Source: Thermoproteota archaeon (lineage in GTDB: Archaea; Korarchaeota; Korarchaeia; Korarchaeales; Korarchaeaceae). Taken from it: a DNA stretch of 64,000 nt. Each line of letters begins with the position of its first letter. Within the stretch, counting starts at the first letter, position 1. Below, piece after piece: positions 17,240 to 27,384 of this stretch. The translations under genes were made by a program, and so were the position numbers. The stretch spans positions 12,487-76,486 of the forward strand of contig JAOZFG010000017.1 in the NCBI GenBank assembly GCA_027491435.1, given 5' to 3'. A model generated the notes under the pieces. It did no database searches. It was not told the DNA's origin and saw only the letters and a program-made list of their open reading frames with translations.

Positions 17240-18469
17240 TCATCCCTTCACCCATTTAAAAAGTGTACTACGGGTGCCGGGATTAATCCTCCCAAGTCCC
17301 AGCGAGTTAAAGGATGCAGCGGCAGCTATTAGGACTAAGTCCAGCTGGTTCATCCCTATCTCAGCTCTAGTTACCAAGAGAGGCCATATCAGGCTGTAGG
17401 GTAGTGGGTTCTCTCCACTCACAAACTTGCTGTAAGAGTTATATGAGAAGATCCCTACCAGAATCGAGAGCGTAACTAGGGAGGGAATGCCATTTACCAC
17501 GAAGAAGCCACAGAATAGCGATGTTGTGATCCCATAATCCTTGAGGAAAAGTGCCCTCCCGATCACCTGGGTTGGGTGCATCGGTACCGAGTATATCCAC
17601 AAGGGGATCTTAGGAGCTGCCCCCCAGAAGGCGTCCACTACCTCGCTGGAGTACTCGTAGGTTGTAGCTAGCCTGAAGGGTATCCTTTCCACCACGGAGA
17701 GCTTCACTCCCCCCCTAATTACGTCAATTAACACGAATATAGCTAAAGCGACCAGAGTTAGTGTTAAAGCGTATTTTCGTTTGTTCTGGGCGATTAAGAG
17801 GATGACTGATGAGAGCATTATTAGGAGCGCGTCTGACCTGAATCCATGAAGGAGCATCAGGAGCGACGTCGCTACGAAGAACGAGGTGAATAAGATAACA
17901 GGTTTTCCGCTAATCTCCCCCCTATACTTTAGCAAATTCCACGCCAAGGAGGGATATGTTATAAATATTAGGAACATCCCGAAGGCCCCTTCTTCTGGCA
18001 CGTTGGGCAGGGATCTTATCCTCTCCCACCCTCCGTTCATCAGAAAGGAGTGCAGAGTTAAGGTGGCTCCTAAAACGTATAAAGACGCGACGGCTAGCGC
18101 GTATCCTTTACTGCCAGATAATTGCTTGTGAAGGGCAGACGCCTGCAGGAACGTCATCAGCCATAGAAAAGAGGTCAGCGATGCCACTAGATCGCCAAGC
18201 ACCCACCTGAAGGAGGCCCAAATTATAAGGAATATCGTGGCTATCGCCAAGTAGCTAACCTGCCTATCCCCCATTAACTTACCAAGGTAGAGACCTAGCG
18301 AGAGAGACGCCCCTCCTGTCAGGTTCACAATAACCCAGTTAACGTGAAAGCCGAACTTGGAATAACCTGCTAGGAATATTAGGGAGATAATGAATAAGGG
18401 GACGGCGGGATGAGTTACCTTCTGGATAAGCCCTATTAGTTGTGCTACCCTCCCTACTGGGTTGATCAT
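17240..18469 (-). CDS. Polytopic integral membrane protein, function unknown
   Basis: At least 10 hydrophobic segments. 4-nt overlap with the upstream gene. No family motif recognised. Confidence 0.6.
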   Translation of the reverse strand: MINPVGRVAQLIGLIQKVTHPAVPLFIISLIFLAGYSKFGFHVNWVIVNLTGGASLSLGLYLGKLMGDRQVSYLAIATIFLIIWASFRWVLGDLVASLTSFLWLMTFLQASALHKQLSGSKGYALAVASLYVLGATLTLHSFLMNGGWERIRSLPNVPEEGAFGMFLIFITYPSLAWNLLKYRGEISGKPVILFTSFFVATSLLMLLHGFRSDALLIMLSSVILLIAQNKRKYALTLTLVALAIFVLIDVIRGGVKLSVVERIPFRLATTYEYSSEVVDAFWGAAPKIPLWIYSVPMHPTQVIGRALFLKDYGITTSLFCGFFVVNGIPSLVTLSILVGIFSYNSYSKFVSGENPLPYSLIWPLLVTRAEIGMNQLDLVLIAAAASFNSLGLGRINPGTRSTLFKWVKG

Positions 18470-19767
18470 CCTCTCGGCCTCAGCGATAGGATAACCACTA
18501 TGGCCGCAGTTAGCAGGTACAGGTAGACGTTCAGGTCCAGTATGCCCGTCTCAACTCCAACTACAGTGTAGGAGAGCAACGTAGCGTATGGGCCAACCAA
18601 CGAATCTGACTTCTCAGAGGCCCTGTAAGATAGGGAAATCAGGTAGGATAGTGTGGAAACTGTGAAGAGAGCCCCTAGAAGGCCGGCGTCTAAAACTGGT
18701 CCTCCTAGAATTGTGGCTGTAGTAGAGATGTCCCTCCTGCCTAATGTATATATGCTGATCAGGGTCCTGGGCCCGTACCTGCTCCCCCTAACTAAGCCTA
18801 GGGAAGAGAGGGCCGCTAAGTGGAGCAACCCGTGGGTGACGGGGTACAGGCTATACCTCCTAACTATGGTATCTAGGGCAGCTACCGTTATGGTGGGCCT
18901 GTAAAGAACCGACAAGACCGGCTGAGCCGCCACCCCAGTAGTTACCGACCTTATCGCGCCGACCCCCACGAAGAGCGCTAGGGATATGAGAAAGCCCAGT
19001 AACAGGTGAACCCCCTTTATGACCCCCCTCCTGTACAGGACCAGGGACACCGCTAACACGTAAGCGATCATCTCTGTTCTAAACGCCAGAAACAAGGATG
19101 GAATGAAGCCTATAAGGGCCAGGGCCAGGGCTAAGCACCTCCTTTTCCTGATATCTCTTATCGCTGACAGTGTGAAGGCGACCCCGGGTACAGATGTCCA
19201 AGCCATATAGTTGAGTATTGGGGAGAGGCCCCTCCTTAGCCCCTCGTTAAGAAGGGGGAACCCCTTCACTCGGGAGACCTGTAGAACAAAGCCTACAACC
19301 CCTATCCCGAGCATTGATAGTCCCAGAAATAGGATAACCCTCCATGGGTTGCTGACCCTCAGGTTTCTCAGATCCCACTTGCTGATCAGTATGAAAATCG
19401 CTGAAAAGATCACTGAGGTGTAAAGTAGGAGCAGAGTTAGAGGTGATGGCCTTACTTGGGCCGCCCAGAAAAAGGCTAGCAAAGCTATGGGAAACAGCCA
19501 GGGTGAGGTTAGCAGGTCCATGATCCTGTCGGGTTGATCCCTCTGACTAACTGGCCTAAGCGGACATAGCTTATTGCCGGCCCTCACTAGCGCAGATCTC
19601 TCATAGGAGGTGGAGACAGTCTCCTCTAACGTCTTTATAGTTTTGAGAAAGTTACTCTTACGATAGGATGCTAAGAGGAAGCTGTAAACTGGAAGTCCTT
19701 TGACCTTTCGGTACGCCTTGCCCAAGAGAGAGCTCGGGATTGCGTTCACCAATAGGGCTATTAACAT
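18466..19767 (-). CDS. Polytopic integral membrane protein, function unknown
   Basis: At least 10 hydrophobic segments. Same-strand tight packing with both flanking genes. Confidence 0.6.
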   Translation of the reverse strand: MLIALLVNAIPSSLLGKAYRKVKGLPVYSFLLASYRKSNFLKTIKTLEETVSTSYERSALVRAGNKLCPLRPVSQRDQPDRIMDLLTSPWLFPIALLAFFWAAQVRPSPLTLLLLYTSVIFSAIFILISKWDLRNLRVSNPWRVILFLGLSMLGIGVVGFVLQVSRVKGFPLLNEGLRRGLSPILNYMAWTSVPGVAFTLSAIRDIRKRRCLALALALIGFIPSLFLAFRTEMIAYVLAVSLVLYRRGVIKGVHLLLGFLISLALFVGVGAIRSVTTGVAAQPVLSVLYRPTITVAALDTIVRRYSLYPVTHGLLHLAALSSLGLVRGSRYGPRTLISIYTLGRRDISTTATILGGPVLDAGLLGALFTVSTLSYLISLSYRASEKSDSLVGPYATLLSYTVVGVETGILDLNVYLYLLTAAIVVILSLRPRG

Positions 19768-19776
19768 GCCTCTCCC

Positions 19777-20661
19777 TCATGGCCTAGCTATGTAAGTCAC
19801 CCTAGTGACGTCTACCTGCTCCTGAACCTTTCTGGCGTTCTCCAATATATTGGGGTAGACGTTAACCCCTGTGAGTGGTCTCTCAGTTCCTATAAACAGG
19901 TAAGCGGCCTCCAACGTGACGTTACTGTATTCTATTCCTAAGCCCTCTATGGCTTTACCTATCACCCTTATGTCATCCACGGTTAAGCCTGCTCTTTGAG
20001 TGTAATCGAACTTTATAGTGATGTAAGAGTCGCCGAAGTAGAGGTAAGGATAGCCCCAGGGGATTTCTTTGTATAACCTCCACTTCAGCTTGCTGTAAAG
20101 GTAGGCGTTCGGTTTAAGACCTGGAGCATCCACTATGATGGACGATCTGACCTTTATGCTTCTCACACCGAATTCGCCAGCTAACACTTTGGATAACTCT
20201 TCCAACCTATCTGCCAGTTCATCTAAGCTCCTAGCGCTTATTGGATAAATATAGGCCCTTATTAAAGACGGAGCGGTTGTCTTGAAGGTTATCTTGGAGG
20301 CCGCAACGTCTTCTATATACGCGTTAGGCCCTCCTATGGTTATCCTCTTCCCTTTATACCAGCCGAACAGCCTGGTTTCGTAAGCCCAGGTAATCAGTAC
20401 GTCGTCGTCGAATTTAGACTTGTTCCCAGTCCAGATACCCTCAACCCTAGCCTCCACCACGTAACCCAGAGAGGATAGCCTAGAGTACTCCAGAACCGCG
20501 TTCTGTATGTTGAGACCTGAGTAGGAGCTCACCTGAGAGGGCGGGGGTGCTAAGGTTGTGTATAAATAGTAACCAGAGACGGCCAGTATTAATAAAAGAA
20601 TGAGGAGGTCAAAGGCATTTACACCTAGCACTTTGCCTTCCTTAGGGTCTATTAGTCTCAT
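19777..20661 (-). CDS. Single-pass membrane protein with a large extracytoplasmic domain (N-terminus resembles DUF4330)
   Basis: N-terminus KVLGVNAFDLLILLLILAVSGYY, then a soluble beta-rich domain. The family resemblance is from memory and unverified. Confidence 0.5.
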   Translation of the reverse strand: MRLIDPKEGKVLGVNAFDLLILLLILAVSGYYLYTTLAPPPSQVSSYSGLNIQNAVLEYSRLSSLGYVVEARVEGIWTGNKSKFDDDVLITWAYETRLFGWYKGKRITIGGPNAYIEDVAASKITFKTTAPSLIRAYIYPISARSLDELADRLEELSKVLAGEFGVRSIKVRSSIIVDAPGLKPNAYLYSKLKWRLYKEIPWGYPYLYFGDSYITIKFDYTQRAGLTVDDIRVIGKAIEGLGIEYSNVTLEAAYLFIGTERPLTGVNVYPNILENARKVQEQVDVTRVTYIARP

Positions 20662-20669
20662 CCAGTGTT

Positions 20670-22334
20670 CTAGTCGAAGTCAGATTTAAACTCTCCGGGA
20701 CCCCCTCCTTCCTCCTCTTCACCTTCCTTCTTTCCGCCCTTCTCCTCGTAGGGCTTAGCAGCTATTATGTCGTCGGTCTTTATTATCAATATTGCAGTCT
20801 CAGTGGCAGCCGTTATGGCGTTCTTGACCCCTCTGTAGGTGTCAACCACGTCTAGCTTGCTCATGTCAGCCACCTTACCGTTTATAGCGTCGACGCCTAC
20901 GTACGTCTGGCCGTTGGCGTGGGCGTTCCTTATCTCAACTAGGGCGTCCACTGGATCCATGCCCGAGTTTTCAGCCAGTATCCTAGGTATGCTCTCTAGA
21001 GCCTCGGCGTAAGCCTCCATAGCCAACTGCTCCTTACCCTTGACGGTGTTGGCGTAGTTCTTTAGCCTGAGGGCCAACTCGGCCTGTATGGAGCCACCTC
21101 CGTAGAAGACCTTACCGTCCTCCACCACGTTCCTGGCCACGTAGAGGGCGTCCTTCAACCCCCTCTCGGCCTCGTCCAAGATAGTGTCAGCTCCAGCCCT
21201 GAGCAAGATCGTAACAGCCTTCGGGTTCTTGCAGTCCTCCACGAAGATCATCCTGTCATCTCCTATCTTCCTCTCCTCAACTAGACCAGCGAAGCCCAGC
21301 TCCTCCTCAGTCAAGTCATCGAGGTTGTTGACTATCTTGGCACCAGTGGCCTTCTCAAGCCTCTGCATATCCTTCTCACTTACCCTCCTCACGGCCATTA
21401 TACCGTGTTTAGCTAGGAAGTGCTGGGCTACCTCGTCTATGCCCTTCTGGCAGAACACCACGTTGGCCCCAGTTGCAGCTATCTTCTCAACCTTCTCCTT
21501 CAGTATCCGGGTCTCCTGCTCTATGAACTCCCTTAGCTCCTGGGGAGTTGATATCTGTATCTCAAGGTCTATCTCAGGCTTCTTTATCTCTAGAGACAAG
21601 TTGAGCAGCGCTATCTTGGCGTTCTTCACGGATTTAGGCATGTCCCTGTGAACCACCTCTTTGTCTAACACGACCCCCCTTATGAACTGAGTCTCGGAGA
21701 GGCTCCCTCCCTTCTTCTTGACTATCTTTATGTTGTCTATGTCCACAACCCTCTTACCGTCCTTCTCCTCTTGAACCGCCTTAACGGCCTTGACAGCGAT
21801 TTCAGCCAGCTTTTCCTTTTCAGCGCTAACAAGCTTGCTGCTCATAGCTGTAGCCGCTACCTTCTTTATCCACTCCTCATCCTCAGGGTCTACGGTGATA
21901 GCCAGTTTATCAAGCTCCCCCTGTATGAACTTAAGGGCCTTCTCAAACCCCTCAATTATTATGGTTGGGTGTATGTCCTTTTTGAGCAGGTTCTCAGCCT
22001 CGGCCAGGATTTCTCCAGCAAGGACTACGCTTGTGGTGGTTCCATCACCTACCTCCTTATCCTGAGCTTTGGCCAGGTTGACCATCAGCTTCGCAGCAGG
22101 GTGAGCGACCTCCATCTCTTGAAGTATGGTGGCTCCGTCGTTGCTCACGGTGATATCGCCTAGAGAATCAACTATCATCTTGTCCATTCCCTTAGGCCCT
22201 AGAGTCGTCTTAACAGCATCAGCTATGGCTCTAGCGGCCATTATGTTTATTCTCCTAGCCTCCTCACCCCTAGTCCTAGTGGTTCCCTCCTTAAGAATTA
22301 ATACGGGCCTTCCACCTATCGTCGCTAAGGCCAT
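20670..22334 (-). CDS. ths: Thermosome subunit (group II chaperonin)
   Basis: Motifs TLGPKGMDKM and VGDGTTT..VLAGE, with an acidic/G-rich C-terminal tail. ATG 22334 is preceded by AAGGAGGTG; the track start 22343 is GTG. Confidence 0.95.
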   Translation of the reverse strand: MALATIGGRPVLILKEGTTRTRGEEARRINIMAARAIADAVKTTLGPKGMDKMIVDSLGDITVSNDGATILQEMEVAHPAAKLMVNLAKAQDKEVGDGTTTSVVLAGEILAEAENLLKKDIHPTIIIEGFEKALKFIQGELDKLAITVDPEDEEWIKKVAATAMSSKLVSAEKEKLAEIAVKAVKAVQEEKDGKRVVDIDNIKIVKKKGGSLSETQFIRGVVLDKEVVHRDMPKSVKNAKIALLNLSLEIKKPEIDLEIQISTPQELREFIEQETRILKEKVEKIAATGANVVFCQKGIDEVAQHFLAKHGIMAVRRVSEKDMQRLEKATGAKIVNNLDDLTEEELGFAGLVEERKIGDDRMIFVEDCKNPKAVTILLRAGADTILDEAERGLKDALYVARNVVEDGKVFYGGGSIQAELALRLKNYANTVKGKEQLAMEAYAEALESIPRILAENSGMDPVDALVEIRNAHANGQTYVGVDAINGKVADMSKLDVVDTYRGVKNAITAATETAILIIKTDDIIAAKPYEEKGGKKEGEEEEGGGPGEFKSDFD

Positions 22335-22441
22335 TTTCTTCACCTCCTTAGTTAGCGGTACCCATCGTCGGGCAGCATGAGTTATACCACCATCGAGTTA
22401 TAAAAATTAGCGGTTACATACGGCATCTGGGAGGTGGTGTC

Positions 22442-23260
22442 TTGCCGAGAATAGCAATAATTGGGGGCAGTGGGGTCTACAGGGTTATGGATGAGAGGAA
22501 ATCCACCTTAGTGGACACTCCTTTCGGGACTGTAGAGGTCTTCCTAGGGAACCTGTCAGGCGAAGAGGTGGCTTTTATACCAAGACACGGAGAAAATCAT
22601 GAAATTCCTCCATTTAAGGTGAATTATAGGGGAAATCTTTATGCTTTAATGGAGCTTGGAGTTGAGAGAGTGATAGCCACCAACGCCGTAGGGTCTCTGA
22701 GGGAAGACTACCCGCCAGGAACCATACTAATACCTGACGACTTCATGGACTTCACTAAGAGGAGGGATTACACGTACTACGATGGTGGGGAGATTAAAGT
22801 CAGGGGGAGGGTAATTAGAGGAGTTGTTCACGTCTCAATGACTCCCCATCCCTACTGTCCGGAGATAAGGGCTGCCATTAAGAGTGCTTCTGAGAAGCTG
22901 GGCATAGAGCTAGTTGACAAGGGAGTTTACTGTTGTATGGAAGGGAATCGCTTTGAGACGCCTGCAGAAATAAGGGCCTTGAGAATTTTAGGTGGAGATG
23001 TAGTAGGAATGACCGGTTGTCCGGAGGCCACGTTAGCGAGGGAACTGGAGATGTGTTATGCTTCAATAAACGTGGTCACTAATTACGCCGCGGGGGTTGG
23101 GGGAAATGTCAAGTTAACCCAAGACGAAGTGGCCGAGATATTTTCAAAGAGAATAGAAGACGTCATCGCCTTGATAGAGGAGACCATCCCTCTGATACCG
23201 AAGGAGAGGGCCTGCCCTTGCTCTAGAGCTTTAGAGGGGGCCGTCATAACCAAGAAGTGA
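22442..23260 (+). CDS. mtnP: S-methyl-5'-thioadenosine phosphorylase / purine nucleoside phosphorylase
   Basis: Motifs IAIIGGSGVY, IPRHG..H.IPP..VNYR.N..AL..LGV, VGMT..PE. TTG start. Confidence 0.85.
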   Translation: MPRIAIIGGSGVYRVMDERKSTLVDTPFGTVEVFLGNLSGEEVAFIPRHGENHEIPPFKVNYRGNLYALMELGVERVIATNAVGSLREDYPPGTILIPDDFMDFTKRRDYTYYDGGEIKVRGRVIRGVVHVSMTPHPYCPEIRAAIKSASEKLGIELVDKGVYCCMEGNRFETPAEIRALRILGGDVVGMTGCPEATLARELEMCYASINVVTNYAAGVGGNVKLTQDEVAEIFSKRIEDVIALIEETIPLIPKERACPCSRALEGAVITKK

Positions 23261-23354
23261 AAATTATTAACCGATAGCCCTAGCTGCATCCTCTATGCAT
23301 GAAATCTTTTTTACTTTTAGGCGCCAGCTGACCTGAGGTAGGCAAGGTGGAACT

Positions 23355-24560
23355 ATGAGGGTTAGGAAGGTCCTCACGCTGGATGACGTGGCCGTTGAAG
23401 GAAAGAAGGTCTTCCTTAGGGCTGATATGAACGTCCCCGTCGGAGAGGACGGGCAAATTATGAACAGTGAGAAGATTAAGCAGGCAGCAAAAACGTTAAA
23501 AGAGTTAATAGAGAGAGGGTCTGCCGTTATCGTGGGTACCCATCAAGGCAGGCCAGGTAGCAACGATTTCATCAGCACAGAAGCACATAGCGCCATACTA
23601 TCAGAAATATTGGGAACTGAGGTCAATTACGTAGATGGCGTTATATCTAGAGAGGTCAGGGAGGAGATAAGTAACTTACAGGCTGGAGAGGTACTAATGT
23701 TAGAGAACCTGAGGTTTATGGCCGAGGAGAACATCGAGGGTGACCCTAAGGATTTGGTGAACACGCACTTCGTCAGGAGGCTAGCCCCTCTCTTTGACAT
23801 TTACGTGAATGATGCCTTCCAGGCGGCCCATAGGAGTCAACCCTCTCTTGTGGCCTTTCCTTACATAAAACCATCGGCTGCTGGCAGGATAATGCAGAAG
23901 ATGATCGCTGAAATGGCTGAGATAGACGCTATAAAGGGCAAGAGAGTCTTCATCTTGGGAGGGGCCAAGGTATCCGACAAGCTCAAGGTAATAGTCCACG
24001 CCATCAAGAACAACAAAGCTGCTGAAATACTGACGGGCGGACTTGTAGGCTCTCTAATGGCGTTAGCGGCTGGTCACAAGATAAATGGGGCCTTAAAGAG
24101 GTTGAGAGATTTGGATTTGCTCCTCCCAGCTGCTAGGGACATACTAGAGAGGGCTTCAGGCAGGGTTTTATATCCAGTGGACTTCGTGGTCAAGGATGAA
24201 GAAGGTGAACTAAGAACCTACCCTGTGTACGCGATCCCTGAAGGCGGACAGATAGTGGATATAGGTCCGGGAACCATAGAAATATACAAGGAGAGACTTA
24301 AGGAGGCCGATTTAGCCGTGGCCAACGGTCCAATGGGCATATTTGAGAGGCCAGAGTCAAGGAGGGGAACTCTGGAGATTGTCAAGGCCATGGAAATGTA
24401 CGCTAAGGAATCGGTTCTCTGTGGGGGTCACATGAGCACCGCTGCCAAGCTGGCAAACACAAAGGGGAGCAGGATATACACGGCCGGAGGAGCAGTTCTT
24501 TATGGGCTAGCCGGCTTGCCCCTCCCGGCTATCGATGCTTTGAGGGAAGGGGTCAGATGA
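23355..24560 (+). CDS. pgk: Phosphoglycerate kinase
   Basis: FLRADMNVP motif, GGAKVSDK, C-terminal GGG.....L. 401 aa. Confidence 0.95.
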   Translation: MRVRKVLTLDDVAVEGKKVFLRADMNVPVGEDGQIMNSEKIKQAAKTLKELIERGSAVIVGTHQGRPGSNDFISTEAHSAILSEILGTEVNYVDGVISREVREEISNLQAGEVLMLENLRFMAEENIEGDPKDLVNTHFVRRLAPLFDIYVNDAFQAAHRSQPSLVAFPYIKPSAAGRIMQKMIAEMAEIDAIKGKRVFILGGAKVSDKLKVIVHAIKNNKAAEILTGGLVGSLMALAAGHKINGALKRLRDLDLLLPAARDILERASGRVLYPVDFVVKDEEGELRTYPVYAIPEGGQIVDIGPGTIEIYKERLKEADLAVANGPMGIFERPESRRGTLEIVKAMEMYAKESVLCGGHMSTAAKLANTKGSRIYTAGGAVLYGLAGLPLPAIDALREGVR

Positions 24561-25186
24561 TAGACGTCATGGTGATCTTCTCCCCGAGAAATCTTCCACT
24601 ACTGGAAATTATCAAAGAAGATCCTTCGATCCGACCTTCTATTTTTCTAAGAGAAAAGGATAGTTTGATAAAGTTGTTTGATGAAGTTTACGATGTATAC
24701 GTCGACGAGGGGGTCGTAGAATTCGTGAAGAGGAAGGGAGTTAAGGTATCTGGGCTAGCCCCCCGAGGCGCTTACTCTCTCGATCTTCATGAGGATCACC
24801 TCAGGATAAGGGGGAAATGCGTTAGAGACGTCGATCCCCTCACGGTTCTCAGGTATAGGATAGGGGATCTGGTGGACGTTAGTGACATTAATCCCTACTT
24901 TGACGGGATAATCTGGGGAAAGCTTCCCAGTCTAAGCGTAGGCGTCATTCACTTGCTGGCTTCCAGAGACAGGGTCAAGTTCTTGCCCAAGGTTGGCTTA
25001 AGTGCCATGAAGGCCCTTCTTAAGGAAGCCTGCAGCCCGAGCTTAGTTAAGCCAATTTACCTGTTGAAGGGGCATTATTTCGTTATGAGCCCCCTGTCCC
25101 TAGGACTTGAGGCGTTAGACTTAATTAAGGAATGTGAAGGTATCCCAATTAAGGCCTCTAGAAGAATTAAGTTAGTGGAGGGTTGA
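24557..25186 (+). CDS. Hypothetical protein (209 aa)
   Basis: Start ATG overlaps the pgk stop (ATGA). No recognisable motif. Codon usage resembles its neighbours. Confidence 0.5.
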   Translation: MIDVMVIFSPRNLPLLEIIKEDPSIRPSIFLREKDSLIKLFDEVYDVYVDEGVVEFVKRKGVKVSGLAPRGAYSLDLHEDHLRIRGKCVRDVDPLTVLRYRIGDLVDVSDINPYFDGIIWGKLPSLSVGVIHLLASRDRVKFLPKVGLSAMKALLKEACSPSLVKPIYLLKGHYFVMSPLSLGLEALDLIKECEGIPIKASRRIKLVEG

Positions 25187-27384
25187 ACTTGAAAAGCAAT
25201 TCTAAAGGCCCTTTCACGGTTAGGTCTGTTCTCCTATCTATCTTCTTCGGTTTATTCATGCTGTTCGCCCAAGGAATAATGGGGTCAGCCGCTGGCTACT
25301 TTTGGACGGGAGAAGCTGCCTTAGTCCTTATGATTGTGGGCTACTCCCTATCAACCCTAACTAGAGACCCCATGACGCCTTCGGAGCTGGGCGTCATATT
25401 CGGAGCTGTGGAAGTTATAACTGTACTCTTCATAGGATGGCAGTACTTCATCCCCTCTTGGGCTCTGGCCTTACTCTCCGATTCTATCCCTGCCGAGATC
25501 AAGCAGTGGATTCCTGACTTCTTGATCCCTAAGGACAAGGAAGCCCTCAGAACCCTCATAGTGGGCGGCAGCCTTAACCTCTCCATCTGGATAGTTCCTC
25601 TAACTTTTCTGATAGTGTTTGCCGTAGTGATATCGCTATTCGCCTACTTTAACATGATACCCTTCCACAAGTTCTACTTAGAGAAGGAGAAGCTCATATT
25701 CCCCGTAGCTACTGTAGCGTCCAGCATAGCAAAGAGGCTCAAGGAGGGAAGGGACACCAAGTGGATATGGCTTGGGGTACTGGCTGGGTTCACAATGAGC
25801 TTAATTCAGAGAGGTCATTTGCTCAACGTGTTATGGCCTGACTTTCCGGTGGCTAACCTCAACATCGACTTAACTCCCGCTTTACAGAAGGTTTTGCCAG
25901 GAGGCGCCTTCGGAATGGACAAGGGAAGCCAAATCACGCCAGACCTAGTGGCTTGGGCTTACATAATTCCTTTGGAGGTACAGGCGTCCATGTGGATAAC
26001 TGCCTTAATAGCTTACCTGGCAATTCCGCCAATTTTAGTGAAGATAGGGCTGCTCCCCTACGAGCCCGGCGGAGACTTCCAGACGTATAGTTCAGTCGCC
26101 TCTCTGCATGGTCCTCTTCCATGGCACCATATATCAACGGGGCTCCTCGCGGCCATTGGTGTAGTTCCCCTGCTACTAGGTTATAAGTACATAAAGAAGT
26201 CGCTGGACGATTGGCAGGGACCTTTCAACAAGAGAATACTGTTTGTGGGGTGGGCTCTCACGTTTGCGGGTAGTGTGGCGTTGATCTCAGCGTTAGGACT
26301 CAGCCCAGGGGTAGCTATAGCGATCCTTATGCTACAGGTAGTTTACTGGCACGGATACGTGTGGACCATAGGCATGGGCAACTGGCTGATACCCACAGAG
26401 CTTGGAATTAGAGGACTTGTGGACTCCCTCCTGTTTACTCCTGCGACTAGAATGTCTAGAGATGCCTTCTGGGCTGGAGCCTCAACGGCAATGGTATCCG
26501 ACGTGGGATCGGCCCAGGCTACCTCCCTGATGGAGGGCTTCAGGTACTCCAGGAACATAGGGATGTCCCTCAAACACATGTTCAAGGCCCAGCTGATGGG
26601 GCTAATTATGGGATCGGTGATAGGCGGCGTGATGCTATTGGCAGCTTACCACATCTGGGGGGCGGCTAAAGAGCCACTTAGAGCTGATAACGTGAAGTAC
26701 CCGGCTACTGGCTTGCTTCAGATAACTGGACAGTTTGGAGGGTGGGAGCTCAGTTACTTCATCTTGGGATTCGCCTTTGGGGCGCTGATTTTCCTGATAA
26801 GGGGGGTCGTCCCTTGGTTAACCGTTAGCGCTGTAGGAGTCCTGTTTGGGCTAATGATACCGCATTACGCTGTGCTATACATGATGAGCACTGCTCTTAG
26901 AATTGTGGTGGATAGGACCAAGGGCAGGGAGTTCAACAGGAGGGTTATGATCCCCCTAATGGCTGGCTTCGCCGCCGGAGGTATAATAAACGTGATGGCC
27001 GCTGGCCTGGTGAAGATATTGAAGGTAATGGGCGCCGATGCCGCGGCACTTCTCTTAGGAGGCTTAATAATACTGGCCGTCTACCTGCTGTCCCTGAGAG
27101 CTTATCTTAGAGGTGAATCCAGAACTCGTGGCATTAGGGCAGTAGTTATAGAACCCTTCGGGATACTGGTAGACAAGGAGGTTGAGATAACCCCCTATGA
27201 GCTTGGAGTTGAGGGACTTGGATCCATCAAGCTATCGCCTGACGATGGCTGGACGCTGACCCCGATAGGAACTAGTGCCACTGTTAATGGTGAGCATGTT
27301 CCCGATGGATCTAGCTACAGGATTGATGGTGAGGCTGAGGTGTTAATCTGGGGAGTTAAGCTTAGCTTAAGGGTGGTAGAATGA
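25183..27384 (+). CDS. Large polytopic membrane protein, possibly an OPT-family oligopeptide transporter, with a soluble C-terminal extension
   Basis: At least 14 hydrophobic segments. LIFPVATVASSIA resembles the OPT 'FPSG.A.A' motif (weak, from memory). TTG start overlaps the upstream stop (TTGA). Confidence 0.5.
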   Translation: MNLKSNSKGPFTVRSVLLSIFFGLFMLFAQGIMGSAAGYFWTGEAALVLMIVGYSLSTLTRDPMTPSELGVIFGAVEVITVLFIGWQYFIPSWALALLSDSIPAEIKQWIPDFLIPKDKEALRTLIVGGSLNLSIWIVPLTFLIVFAVVISLFAYFNMIPFHKFYLEKEKLIFPVATVASSIAKRLKEGRDTKWIWLGVLAGFTMSLIQRGHLLNVLWPDFPVANLNIDLTPALQKVLPGGAFGMDKGSQITPDLVAWAYIIPLEVQASMWITALIAYLAIPPILVKIGLLPYEPGGDFQTYSSVASLHGPLPWHHISTGLLAAIGVVPLLLGYKYIKKSLDDWQGPFNKRILFVGWALTFAGSVALISALGLSPGVAIAILMLQVVYWHGYVWTIGMGNWLIPTELGIRGLVDSLLFTPATRMSRDAFWAGASTAMVSDVGSAQATSLMEGFRYSRNIGMSLKHMFKAQLMGLIMGSVIGGVMLLAAYHIWGAAKEPLRADNVKYPATGLLQITGQFGGWELSYFILGFAFGALIFLIRGVVPWLTVSAVGVLFGLMIPHYAVLYMMSTALRIVVDRTKGREFNRRVMIPLMAGFAAGGIINVMAAGLVKILKVMGADAAALLLGGLIILAVYLLSLRAYLRGESRTRGIRAVVIEPFGILVDKEVEITPYELGVEGLGSIKLSPDDGWTLTPIGTSATVNGEHVPDGSSYRIDGEAEVLIWGVKLSLRVVE

